From Octopus sinensis (taxonomy: Eukaryota): 64,000 nt of DNA. Position numbers and translations under genes: made by a program. The notes below the pieces were generated by a model. The model searched no databases, was not told where the DNA came from, and saw only the letters and a list, made by a program, of their open reading frames with translations. Numbering within the stretch: the stretch's first letter is position 1; each line of letters begins with the position of its first letter. The stretch lies in contig NC_042999.1 in NCBI RefSeq assembly GCF_006345805.1, forward strand, positions 35,650,001 through 35,714,000, given 5' to 3'. Positions 25,323 through 37,595 of this stretch are shown here, in pieces.

Positions 25323-25716
25323 CTAGCAGTATCGCCCGGCGTTGCTCGGGTTTTTAAGGGAAATAACTATATTAGCATTTTTAGAGAGTTATAACCAAAA
25401 GGTAGCAAAAAAATGCATTAAAAATGGAAAAAAAATGATGGTAATTTTTTTTTAAATCGTTGACTCATCGTAGACATTTTTAGAGAGTTACTTCCCTTAT
25501 ATAATAGCGAAAAAAGGCATTGAAATGGAATAAAATGTTAAATTATTTTAAAAATCGTAGACTCATCGTAGACGCGCGCTAATACCCAGAAGGGCTCGAT
25601 ATGAATCACGACTATAAGATACCCGGTTTTGGTTAAACTGCACCGCAAAATGTGGGAGGAGTTAGGAATCTAAATCGTAGGAGACAGACATACAACTTCT
25701 CTGTTATATATAAATA
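25323..25716 (-). mobile_element. Non-autonomous Helitron-like element with internal duplication
   Basis: Same family as 8175-8471; 3' CTAG and hairpin present; an internal segment is repeated. Confidence 0.7.
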
Positions 25717-25849
25717 TATTAACTTTCCATGTCGGCTCGAGTATAAAATTTGCGTTTTTTTTTACTTATGTAATTTTAGTTTTTCTATTTTCTAAACATT
25801 GGTTTGATCTGGAGGAAGCAGTGCTCATGGCCTTTACGTATCCTCTTAA

Positions 25850-26070
25850 CCCTTTAGTGTTTGCATTATTCTGCCAAAATTAATGCCTTTTCATCCACAT
25901 TGTTTTGAACTAATCATGCATTATCTTGTAGCTATGAGATTTTGATGAGGTAGCTGTTAATTTTTCAAACGATATTGTAGGGTTGGTGTGAGAGACCAGA
26001 TCTGACCAGTTTGAACATAAAACAGGCAGAATACTTTTAGCTGGATATGGCCGGTTTAAATGCTAAAGAG
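25850..26070. mobile_element. piggyBac-type MITE
   Basis: TTAA|CCCTTTAGTG...TGCTAAAGAG|TTAA. Confidence 0.8.
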
Positions 26071-26279
26071 TTAAATCAGTGAGATTGATCCTGTTCCTTT
26101 TGTGTTCGCTCGTTCTCTTACAAATGACAGTACCGTCTCATTCAAATCGCACCCTACCGTCTTAACATAAGGTTACTCTGGGCAGTTGTGAACCTAGATA
26201 TTTTGTGTTTGAAAAACAAAAATAGATGGTTTGATTTGCTCGATCAAATTGTCGAAACTAAGCAATAACATAGTCAAGG

Positions 26280-26840
26280 AGGGAATTTCTAAGAGACAAC
26301 TGAGTGAATGATTTTATATCTGAGGGTGTTTGACGGAACAACTTCATTCCAGTCAGTTGGGTGGGCATGTTTTGAATGGTGCCTAGGCTGCCTGTGTGTA
26401 TAGCAGCAGCACTGATTGTTTTAGATACGAGTCTCAATTGAACTTTGTGGAGGATTAGTAGATGTCGAAGGCTGGGTACTACTAGCGAACAGTGGTCCCG
26501 GTGCGCGCACTCGCGCTTCCGCGCTAGCTAGTCGTTACTAGTCGATCCTACAACGACTACGTAGAAAAGTAAATAAAACAAAATAAATAATTTTTGTTAA
26601 ACAACGTAAAACACAAAGTAAATAATTTTTTAAACAAAGTAAATAAAACACAAAAACACAAAGTAAGGATACACTAGTCATGACTAGCTAGCGCGGATGA
26701 TCGAGTACGCGCGTGCGCGCACCGGGACCACTGTTCGCTAGTAGTACCGAAGGCTGAAATACTTCTTCATACAACATTTGTTAGTTGATGTGTCTTGGTC
26801 CGAGAGATCCTCAGTGATGGTGAGGTCTACCATCTGTAAG
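26280..26840 (-). mobile_element. Degraded RTE-like LINE fragment hosting the MITE
   Basis: Weak conceptual translation (LYEE...LHKVQLRLV) with frameshifts. Confidence 0.35.
26475..26748. mobile_element. MITE with 36-bp perfect TIR and 8-bp TSD
   Basis: TIR GGTACTACTAGCGAACAGTGGTCCCGGTGCGCGCAC; TSD GAAGGCTG at 26467 and 26749. Confidence 0.9.
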
Positions 26841-27673
26841 GAAGGGGTTACGGTTTTAGGGCCAGTGTTGCGGAAAAAAGTCAAAATTGAAGAAATTCTG
26901 GGAGGGGGTGGGGGGAATTTTCACTGCCGATTTTCGGCAATTTTCCGGAACCTCCGGCAAAAAAAAGATTGGTGATAGAAAGAGCATCGAACCCTAGAAA
27001 CCATAGCAAAACTGACACTGGAGTTCAGCATAACCTACTGCTTGTCAGATGCTATCAAATCATCCAACCCATGCCAACATGGAAAATAGATTTTAAATGA
27101 TGATGATTTCTAACAAACTGCCCTTCACTGTTACATTTCCACTACTTTAACAGGATGTTGTTTCTTGTTATATTTTTAATTATCATGAAAATAGTAAATG
27201 CTGCCTGAAATATTCATATTAATGTAGAATAATTTTTTTAAAGTGTAGTATTGCATATAACTTCCACATAACTTATTGGGAAAAAAAATGATCCCAAACT
27301 TTTTCAAGCCCTTTCGTTACCAACCTGGCCGAAACTAGCTCTGGTTCTGAGTACAAATGTCTTGTTTTCATAAGTTTTAAATTAAAACCTTCCACCAAAG
27401 CTTAGTCACAATTTATGTTCCTAACACTAGCTGAATGATAACTAAGTTATTTTACTAAATTCTTTGTTATATTTAAAGTAATTGAAAGAAACACAGAGCA
27501 TCTCAAAATAAATACAGTAATGGCGGTGCCCCGGCATAGCCACAGCTTGTGAGCTGAAACTAGATAAAAAAAAAAAAAAAAATGAAAGGGTTAATCAGGC
27601 AATTCAGTTGCATATTTAAATTCAGTGCCCAAGCAGAAAGTAGAACTTAATATTTTATAAATATTTCTTCCAG

Positions 27674-27741
27674 ACTACAATTGCTGCAGTTGAATTTAAT
27701 GGTGGTGTAGTCATTGGGGCTGATTCAAGATCAACAGCAGG
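27674..27741 (+). CDS. PSMB6: PSMB6 exon 2
   Basis: Translates [23 protein letters not shown] (Thr1, Asp17); ag/gt boundaries. Confidence 0.97.
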
Positions 27742-27857
27742 GTAATTCATTATTTGTATTCATCTATTTCTAAATTTGTTTTCTTAAATATTTCCCTACT
27801 TTCTTTTTTTTTTTATTCTAATAAAATGACCCTAATTCTACTTACTTTGTATTTCAG

Positions 27858-27989
27858 AGTTTACATAGCAAATCGAGTAACTGATAAGTTGACAAAGATG
27901 ACTGATTATATTTACTGTTGCCGCTCTGGATCATCAGCTGATACACAAGCTGTTGCAGATATTGTCCACTACCACCTTAACTTTTACAG
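27858..27989 (+). CDS. PSMB6: PSMB6 exon 3
   Basis: Translates [43 protein letters not shown] (Lys33, Arg45). Confidence 0.97.
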
Positions 27990-29129
27990 GTAAGTGATTG
28001 TCTTATAATATTGTCATTGAGGAACAAGGACAGTGTTCGTAGCTACTGTTGGTGGTGAATGTAAACTGTAATTAGTGCAGTTAATATAAAGCTTAAATTG
28101 TTTGAGGTTGGAGTTTAATGGGAATAAGATAAGAACAGACTTCAATAGACTTACTGTCTTAAATAGTGTAGAGTTTGGTGAGTGAGAAACAAAATAATAC
28201 AAATAGGAGTTTGAAAGGTGCGATAAAGGAAGCTCAGTACATGATATAATATTTACCAACGAAGCAGGTAGATCAAACAGAACAATGGTGGATGGTCATA
28301 ATTAAAAAAATTGGCTTTTTTTATAATGTAACTTACCCTCCCTTTCACTGGTTGTTTACCACTCACAGCATTCCACTCCCCTCTACCTCCCACTCTCCTT
28401 TTGCTCTCATGTGAACCTCCTGCCCATTTACCTTGTCCAGTCCTCTACCACTTCACTTAAATATTTACCTTTCTGTACCATGTGGGTACCCTACTACATA
28501 TTCACCTTCCTGTACCTTAAGGATACCCCACTACACATCTTCACTGTCATCTCTCTCTCATCTCTCCTCTCCTTTCTGACTGGGGCAACTATGTTACTCT
28601 CCAACAATACACCTTCCTCAATACCCGTCTGAGTTGAGGGCTCTTTTACTTGCAAGTTCCTTGGTGACCTTGCGAGTGGTGGTGCCATGTAAAATGCCCT
28701 CTGTACACTTTGTAAAGTGGTTGGTATTAGGAAGGGCATCCAGCCATAGAAACCATGTCGAAGCAGACAGTAGAGCTTGGCACAGTCCTCTGGCTTCCAG
28801 TTCCTGTCAAATCGTCCAACTTATGCCAACATGGAAAATGGATGTTAAATGGTGATGATGATGATGATGATAGTCATTTTTTCTAGTAATTGAAGGAGAT
28901 GCATTAATTACTCCAGATTAGAAGAGTAGAAGCCCGCAGTGAAGAGTATTTGGCCCATGGAAAAGCTTTTTGTGGGGGGTCATAGCTTTGAAGACAATAT
29001 CCAATCTATGTCTGGATGTGTAATTTCTGAGAAGCTAATGAGTTGGCTTCATCCAAAACTCTAATGAGGATTATATACCTTGAAAACTGATCTTGACAAA
29101 TTTAGAAAAGGAATTATTGCTATATTCTT

Positions 29130-29505
29130 TATTCTTTTCCTTGTTTCAGTCATTTGACTGTGGCCAAGCTGGAGCACTTCCTTAGAGGGTTTTAGTCGAA
29201 GAAATTGATCCCAGAACTTATTCTTTGTAAGCCTAGTAATTATTCTCTTGGTCTCTTGCTGAACTGCTAAGTTATGGGGATGTAAACACATCAACATCAG
29301 TTATCAAGCGATGGTAGAGGGACAAACATAAACACACACACACACAAATATTTCAGTTTCTGTTTTCCAAATCCACTCACGAAGCTTTGGCTGACCTGAG
29401 GCTATAGTAGAAGATACTTACCAAGGTGCCATGCAGTGGGACTGAACCTGGAACCATGTGGTTGGGAAAGCCATCTTCTTACCACACAGCCATACCTGCA
29501 CCTAT
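29130..29505 (-). mobile_element. SINE family A
   Basis: Similarity to the consensus; in PSMB6 intron 3. Confidence 0.75.
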
Positions 29506-30723
29506 GTATATCAGGAAAATTTCTGGTATGGCATAAGACAAGCATGTTCGACCTTTTTTGAATAAGTAGGCTGCATGAGAGATGGCTCATTATCTGGTGG
29601 GCTGCATTGCTAAAACAAATCAAGGTAATATTTTGTTAAGTGTGCCACATGTTGCTCATGACTGACAAATGAAGTTGAAGTATTCAATTATAGTAATTAA
29701 AGATGTCTTCAATGATGAAGGATAACAATAAGTTAAATTTAGTTTCATCATCATCATCATCGTTTAACGTCCATTGTCCATGCTAGCATGGGTTGGACGG
29801 TTCGACCGGGGATCTGGGAAGCCAGAAGGCTGCACCAGGCTCCAGTCTTATCTGGCCATGTTTCTACAGCTGGATGCCCTTCCTAATGCCAACCACTCCG
29901 TGAGTGTAGTGGGTGCTTTTTTTGATGGTTAATAAATAACATATCTTTTGCCATCTGTGATTGAAATGTGGTTATTGCTGTTGACCAACATTTTTTTTAT
30001 TATAATCAATTTTTTTGTATAATTAATTAATTAACCCTTTTGATACCAACCTGCCTGACACTGCCCCTGAGCCTTTGATACAAACTTTCTGTTGTAAAAT
30101 GATTTCAATTAAAATTTTCCATCAAAACTGCATGTTAATTCACTTCCCAAACACATGCTTAACAATTACAGAATTTTAATAAATTCTTCATTATTGTAAG
30201 AATAAAGTGAAACAAAGACAGCACATCGCAAAAGGGTTGTCTTAAATCTGTGAACGGGGTATTTTAGAGCAGGACTCTTGAGTCAATGTTTGTTGGGAGG
30301 AGATATTGAGACAGATGAGGTCTCTTTTCTAAGGGGCGGAGGCTGATAATAAGAGTAAAAAAGCAAAAAATATATTTTAGGGTCTTCAGCACTAAGAAAT
30401 AATGTTTAAAAAGTTAGTCTTTTCTGCTGTTAGTATAACTTAAGAAATTCTTAGTTGTGTTATGTTATATTTTGTGAAATTGGGTTAATGAGTTCTGATT
30501 AAAATGAAATTATGTTCAGTGAGGAGTGATTGAAGTACTCTATGACCCAATCTATTAGAAATAACTTCTCACTAATGAATGTACAGGGTTGATCACAACA
30601 CATTGCTTAATTTTACTTTATTTCATAACTTCACTACAACATGGCTGTGGGGTTAAGTAGCTTGGGTTCAGTCCTACTACTTGGTACCTTAGGCAAGTGT
30701 CTTCTACTATAGCCTATGTATTT

Positions 30724-31095
30724 CATCATCATCGTTAAACGTCCGTTTTCCGTGCTAGCACGGGTTGGACGGTTCGACCGGGGTCTGGGGAGCCAGAAGG
30801 CTGCACTAGGCTCCAGTCTGATCTGGCAGTGTTTCTACAGCTGGATGCCCTTCCTAACGCCAACCACTCCGCGAGTGTAGTGGGTGCTTTTTACGTGCCA
30901 CCTGCACAGGTGTCAGAGGGGTCTGGCATCAGCCACGTTCGGATGGTGCTTTTATGTGCCACCGGCACAGAGGCCATTCGAGGCAGGGTTGGCATCGGTC
31001 ACGTTCGGATGGTGCTTTTTATGTGCCACCAGCACAGAAGCCAGTGGAGGCTGCACTGGCAACGGCCACGTTCGGATGGTGCTTTTTATGTGTCA
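30724..31095 (-). mobile_element. SINE-like family B
   Basis: Tail, body and about 3 units; shorter copies at 9905, 28680, 29748, 31818 and 39487. Confidence 0.8.
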
Positions 31096-31482
31096 CTAGT
31101 GTGTGTCTGTGTCTTGTGTTTGTCTCCTATCACTGCTTGACATTGGTGGTGGTTTGTTAACGTCCTTGTAACTTAGCAATTTGGTAACAGTGACCTGTAT
31201 AATAAGTACCAGACTTAAAAAATAAATACTGGTGTCGATTTGCTTGACAAAATCCTTCAAGGCAGTGCCCCAGGATGGCTGCAGTTCAGTATCTAAAACA
31301 AGTAAAAGACAAAAGATAACTAGAAGAAATTGTTCTCATTTGCCATGATTGTTAAAAATCTAGTTTAAAAATTTGTTGTATGTTACTTCAAGTATTCACA
31401 CATTATATCTTTCTATTTACATCAGTGTTGATAATTGGATTGCTGAAATAATCTGTAACACATTTTCTTTTTTCTTTTCCAG

Positions 31483-31612
31483 AATGGAAATGGGTGAAGA
31501 GCCTCGAGTCAATGTTGCTGCTAATATATTCAAAGATCTTTGTTACAATTATAGAGACAGCATTACAGCTGGTATTATAGTAGCCGGATGGGATGAACAG
31601 ATGGGAGGTCAG
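31483..31612 (+). CDS. PSMB6: PSMB6 exon 4
   Basis: Translates MEMGEEPRVNVAANIFKDLCYNYRDSITAGIIVAGWDEQMGGQ; ag/gt boundaries. Confidence 0.97.
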
Positions 31613-32610
31613 GTATGTCTTCAAATCATATATGTACACTAAACATGATCTGTATGGTTAAGAAGATTACTTCAGAAGCACAGGATTTTAGAGTTTGTTC
31701 CCATTGTGTAGCAGTGGCAGCTGGTGCTGTGAATTGACCAATGTTTTGGGATTTCATTGATCGGTGGAAACAGTAAAAAGCCCATCATGTTTTGATAATA
31801 TATAAGTATGTATGTATCATCATAATCATCATCATTTAACGTCCGTTTTCCATGCTGGCAAGAGTTGGACGGTTTGACTGGGGTCTGGGAAGCCAGGAGG
31901 CTGCACCAGGTCCCAATCTGATCTGGCAGTATTACTACAGCTTGGTGCCCTTCTTAACGCCAACCACTCCGAGAGTGTAGTGGGTGCTTTTTTCGTATGT
32001 AGATATTTACTTATGTATGTATGCATGTATGGATCTATCTATCTATCTATCTATCTGTCTATTTGTCTCTTTTTATAACTGTATACATTTGTGTGAATGT
32101 ATGTGTGTATATATATGTTTGTGTACAGGCACACACATGGCTTTCTAGGTGCAGGCTTGGCTGTGTGGTAAGAAGCTTGCTTCCCAACCACATTGTTCCA
32201 GGTTCAGTCCCACTGTGTGGCACTTGGGCAAATGTCTCCTACTATATCCTCACTCGAGGCACAGTTCTTGTGGTCAAATTCTTCCCTAGAACTCAAGTCA
32301 ATTTGAGTTGAAGCCTTCAACTGAAACTGCAGCAAAGAACTCGTGTTGGAACAAGAAAAACAAGGAATTTCTTACTTTTCTTGTGTCGGCTTGATAGGAA
32401 GAATGTGAAAGTGGTTAAAATTCAGGAACATAAAGTTTTCTTTATTTTCATTTGCTATACTTGTTTTTCCCTTTGATTTTCTGCAACTTCCTAACATTTG
32501 ATATTACTTCACTGATGTTTTCCTCTATGATGGTAAATGTCCCAAATAACAATTTATGTTTTCAATGATAGCATTTAAGTCCTATTATTTCTTGTTCATT
32601 CTTTTTCCAG

Positions 32611-32755
32611 GTTTACACTATCCCGCTGGGTGGTATGATCAATCGTATGCCGTGTGCCATTTCTGGTTCTGGAAGCATCTATATTTACAGTTATGTTGAC
32701 TCCAACTTCAAACCTAACATGACTAAAGAAGAATGCTTGAAGTTTACAGCTAATT
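32611..32755 (+). CDS. PSMB6: PSMB6 exon 5
   Basis: Translates [48 protein letters not shown] (GSG motif). Confidence 0.97.
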
Positions 32756-33835
32756 GTAAATATATTTTGTCTTTCTACTTCAATATAAGCGATTTAAACA
32801 TTCATAAGTTTGCATATTCTAGTAATAAGTGACCATCTCTGCTTTTGTTTTTACATCACACTCTTTCTCCTTACTGGAATGTGTAGGATGGTTTTGAATA
32901 CGAAGATTTTTACATGTTATTGGTATGTTATTTTATGCATAGGATTCTTCCTACAGCTACTTGACTAGAAGTTATTAATATTTAGTTTCACGTTAGTCCT
33001 GACCAAGCAGTATATGATCAGAGGCATTCTGGTTATGATCACCTCATACTTTCTCTCAGCATAGCATATTGAGGACTACACGATCCAAATGTGTTCTTCC
33101 CATTTCAAGAGAGGAGAGTGTGATATCAGGGAGATTTGGTTGAAATTTCTCATTGGTCTAGCTACCACAAGGAGGTTCTCTCCACATCACTAGGAAGTAG
33201 AAGTATAACCTGTTTATCAGCCAGTCAAATTGAGCCCAGCAGAGTTAAGTACCTTCCTCATAATTGCAACTCATTGGAAAATTTTGGACAAAGGTTTTTT
33301 AATTGTATGAGTTAATTATTTGATTTTGATATGATGGTAGTTGACTGGATAAAGCAGAATAATGTGCTTTAACACAATTTATATAACTTGTTTTGTATTG
33401 GTTCCTCAACATCAGAGGGAGTCATGGAAGTACTTATGTAATAGGGTGTGTTTTGGGTACTTTTAGACATGACAGAGTTGATTACAGCTGATTTCTTCCA
33501 GGTAAAAAGAAAGAGATGGAGAAGAAGTGACCCTTACACAGGGCTGGTATGTCATTTATCAATCTAAAAAAAAACGAAAAGTAAAGCTGACTTTGGTGGT
33601 ATTTGAACTCAAAGCAATTGTTTATTGATTCTGTTAGTTTCCCACCTACAGTTTATATAACAAGATAGCAAAGACTGAAATTGAGATTATAATCAACTTT
33701 TCAATATTGAAATATCACAACTGCTGTCTTAGACATTTATTTTTATTTCCACCTTCCTTTCTATTATTTCATTTTCTCTCACCATCTCTGCTATTAAAAC
33801 AAATTATCATTATCACTAATTATCTTCATTTGCAG

Positions 33836-33963
33836 GTATTTCCTTAGCAATGACCAGAGATGGTAGCAGTGGTGGAGTTATTCGTCTTGCTGCCATTACT
33901 AAGAATGGTGTGGACAGAGTAAATCTGATTGGTGATGAAATACCAAAGTTTAATGATTCTTAA
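33836..33963 (+). CDS. PSMB6: PSMB6 exon 6 (terminal)
   Basis: Translates (C)[41 protein letters not shown]-stop. Spliced CDS is 705 nt = 234 aa; AATAAA at 33968 and 34028. Confidence 0.97.
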
Positions 33964-34179
33964 GTAAAATAAATATATCCTAACTTTTCATTTTCCTAAT
34001 CTATCATAATCATTTCTTTTTTGTTACAATAAAGAAAATAGAATGCAAGATGTTTTTGTCTAATGTTTTACACCTTCATCCTTGTGGTAATCATCAATCA
34101 TCTTCATTTAATGTAGGCATTCCATACTGGCTTGAGTTGGACAGTTTGACAGGGTCTGATATGCTTAAGGACTGCATTG

Positions 34180-34565
34180 TGCCGGTGGCACATAAAAAGC
34201 ACCATCCGAACGTGGCCGATGCCAGCCCCGCCTCGACTGGCTTCTGTGCCGGTGGCACATAAAAAGCACCATCTGAACGTGGCCGATGCCAGCACCGCCT
34301 CGACTGGTATCTGTGCCGGTGGCACATAAAAAGCACCAACCGATCGTGGCCGGTGCCAGACCCCTCTGGCACCTGTGCAGGTGGCACGTAAAAAGCACCC
34401 ACTACACTCGCGGAGTGGTTGGCGTTAGGAAGGGCATCCAGCTGTAGAAACACTGCCAGATCAGACTGGAGCCTAGTGCAACCCCTGGCTTCCCAGACCC
34501 CGGTCGAACCGTCCAACTCGTGCTAGCGCAGAAAACGGACGTTAAACGATGATGATGATGATGAT
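34180..34565 (+). mobile_element. SINE-like family B
   Basis: Unit periods 67, 67 and 62 nt, then the body and (GAT)n tail. Confidence 0.8.
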
Positions 34566-34904
34566 TGTACTCCAGGGACTGCTTTAGCATGATTTCTATG
34601 ACTGGATGCCCTTCCTAATGCTAACCACTTTACAGTATATACTGTGGTAATCATCTTCACCATCATCATAAGTTTAACATCCACTTTTCCATGATTGCAT
34701 AGTTCTGATGGAGTTTGTTGAGGCAGATGTTCTACAGCTGGGTGCTCTTCCTGTTGCCAACCATCACCTGATTCCAAGGAAGGTAATATTTCCCCATGAC
34801 CAGATGTATTTACACAGAACATTGGAAATAAATGACATTCATTTACAACATTATCCGATGTCAAGACAAGAAGACACACGTACATATATATGCATTATAT
34901 TGGT

Positions 34905-35160
34905 GCAGGAATGGCTGTGTGGTAAGAAGCTTGCTTCCCAACCACATAGTTCTGGGTTCGGTCCCACCGCATGGCACCTTGGGCAAGTGTCTTCTACTAT
35001 AGCCTTGGGCTGACCAAAGCCTAGTGAGTGGATTTGGTAGACGGAAACTGAAAGAAGCCGGTCGTATATATATATATGTATGTGTTTGTGTGTCTATTTG
35101 TACCCTCTACTACCGCTTGACGACCGATGCTGGTGTGTTTACGTCCCCGTAACTTAGCAG
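34905..35160 (+). mobile_element. SINE family A, 3'-truncated
   Basis: Head and body match the consensus. Confidence 0.75.
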
Positions 35161-35401
35161 TTTTCTATATATATATATATATATATTCAACAATAATTGA
35201 GGAACGACCACAATAGGCCGTTCGACCCACTAGAAAGAGCAGCCAGGGCTCCAACCGCAAATAGTAGTAATAGTCTCTGACTATTTCCTCTTTCTCACTA
35301 GACCGCTGGTGGCAAAATAATTTCTACCGAACTTTTTGCTACCCCAAATTGATTAATTGAAAAATATATATATATATAAAACAAAAAACTAAATTCTGGA
35401 C

Positions 35402-35462
35402 ATAGAGTGACCAATGGTTTCCACGAAAACTGCAGCTTCGTGGACAGCTCTTCAGACTCTAT
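35402..35462 (-). ncRNA. Hammerhead ribozyme motif in the PLE 3' terminal repeat
   Basis: ATAGAGT-CTGAAGA-stem II-GAAAC-CATTG-GTC-ACTCTAT; 7-bp stem I; 5 nt shorter in stem II than its partner copy. Confidence 0.75.
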
Positions 35463-36231
35463 ACAAAGACAAATTTAACTTACCACCTCGTGGACGTGAG
35501 GGAACGCTAGGATAACGGTCCAGCAGCTGATTTAAAAAAACATTATTGAGGACAGGTTATCTCCCCTGGACCAGAGGATAAAGAGAAGCTGTAATCAAAA
35601 TCTTTACAGTCTCATATTAGCCTAACCAGCAAATGGGGGAGATCCAATTTTCCGGTAGGTAGCGCTTGAAATGAATACATTTTGAGAAACTTTCGTTATG
35701 ATTATATAACACATCAAGCTTCGTATAGTTCTTAAGAATTTCGGTTCTCTCTGTGATGCAGATTTTGCAATGGCCACTCCAATTAATATATGGGCCTGGA
35801 TGTTCGATGATCTTCCACTTGATATCTTATGGGGGCGACGTTTCTTGATCTTTGAGGTGTCACACATGGCTGGCCAGGGACGTGACAAAATGTCTTTCTG
35901 GGACTCTGAAAGATGACTTGTTGTTTGAAAGATGTGCTGGCTGATCCGATATATTTACAAGCTTGGCGGGTGGCTATATTCACACTCCTGCTGTATCTCT
36001 GGTAGGCTCTGGGTCTGGGTCTGTTGTTGGTATCACTGGCGTTGTTGGTGTTATGGTGCAATGATCCGATAGTGTTGGTACATCTGTTATCGCCATGGTT
36101 TTCTTCTCTGATCATATGGTTGGCATTAATGCTGCTAGCTGTAGTGTGGGTGCAGCTGGTGGTAACATGGTGTGAGGCCAGTCACTCCATTGGTCTTGAT
36201 GATAATGGTTTGGTCACCATCTGGGGTCGTT

Positions 36232-36804
36232 AGGACGGCGAGCTGGCAGAAACGTTAGCACGCCGGGCAAAATGTGTAGCCGTATTTCGTCTGCCGTTAC
36301 GTTCTGAGTTCAAATTCCGTCGAGGTCGACTTTGCCTTTCATCCTTTCGGGGTCGATATAATCGACTTAATCCGTTTGTCTGTCCTTGTTTGTCCTCTCT
36401 GTGTTTAGCCCCTTGTGGGTAGTAAAGAAATAGGTATTTCGTCCGTTGTTATGTTTTGAGTTCAAATTCCGCCGAGGTAGACTTTGCCTTTCATCCTTTC
36501 GGGGTCGATTAAATAAGTATCAGTTACGCACTGGGGTCAATATAATCAACTTAATCTGTTTGTCTGCCCTTGTTTGTCCTCTCTGTGTTTAGCCCCTTGT
36601 GGGTAGTAAAGAAATAGGTATTTCGTCCGTCGTTACGTTTTGAGTTCAAATTCCGCCGAGGTCGACTTTGCCTTTCATCCTTTTGGGGTCGATTAAATAA
36701 GTACCTGTTATGCACTGGGGTCGATATAATCGACTTACTCCGTCTGTCTGTCCTTGTTTGTCCTCTATGTGTTTAGCCCCTTGTGGGTAGTAAAGAAATA
36801 GGTA
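36232..36804 (+). mobile_element. SINE family C with tandemly repeated body, inserted in the PLE
   Basis: One head plus three body units; 11-bp TSD CTGGGGTCGTT at 36221 and 36805. Confidence 0.85.
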
Positions 36805-37529
36805 CTGGGGTCGTTGGTTAACTCTTCTGTGTTGCTGGTCCCAGACTGGTCATTATATCTGGCAGTGGCGATTGTACTAGGGTCAATGACATTAGAACTG
36901 GTTAATCTGTTACTGTCATCGCCTTCAATACTATCATTATTGTTGGATGGTACATTGCTGGTAATGCAGATGGCAGGTCTACGTGTCACCATGGTTTCAT
37001 AGATGACTCCTTTGGCGTTGCATTGGCCTCCTATTGGACAATTATTGTATACCCAGCAAGAGCAACCTGCCTCCTCCCTTGTTTTGTGGGTGTTTGTTAA
37101 AATATTTTTTATGTCAGGTGCACAACTAAAGGAGACTCTTAAGTTGTGCCTGTTAAATAAATGTCTATGTGTCTGCGTGAAGTGCTTATCTTTGAATTTG
37201 AGGAAAATCCTTCTCACACAAGTCTTCATGTTGAGTGAGAAGGGTGGGCAAACCAAATGACGTTTCTGCAGCACTTCCTTTCCGGGTGCTAGGGCCTGGC
37301 ATGTAGGAGATGCAGTCCTTAAATCCACTCAATGCCAGTGAGTCGTTGTTGTAGGGGGCAGTGGTGTCGAAGATATCTTGGCTAGAGGATAGTTTTGAGA
37401 TCCTCTTGCTTATACCCATCACTAAGCTTTTGAATACTATAGGGTGGTGGCAGGAGGCTGTGTTAATATAGGGTCTAAAGTAACATCTAGGAAATCTACT
37501 GCGAAGTGGAAAGTTAAATTTGTCTTTGT

Positions 37530-37595
37530 ATAGAGTCTGATAAACTGCCCACAAGGTTGTAGCTTTCATGGATATGAAACCATTGGTCACTCTAT
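37530..37595 (+). ncRNA. Hammerhead ribozyme motif (core G8A) in the inverted PLE terminal repeat
   Basis: ATAGAGT-CTGATAA-32 nt-GAAAC-CATTG-GTC-ACTCTAT. Confidence 0.7.

Noticed and set aside
37500-37590. ORF segment MTNGFISMKATTLWAV... as part of the PLE RT
   Set aside because: It is the antisense reading of the inverted terminal repeat; RT homology begins at about 37498.
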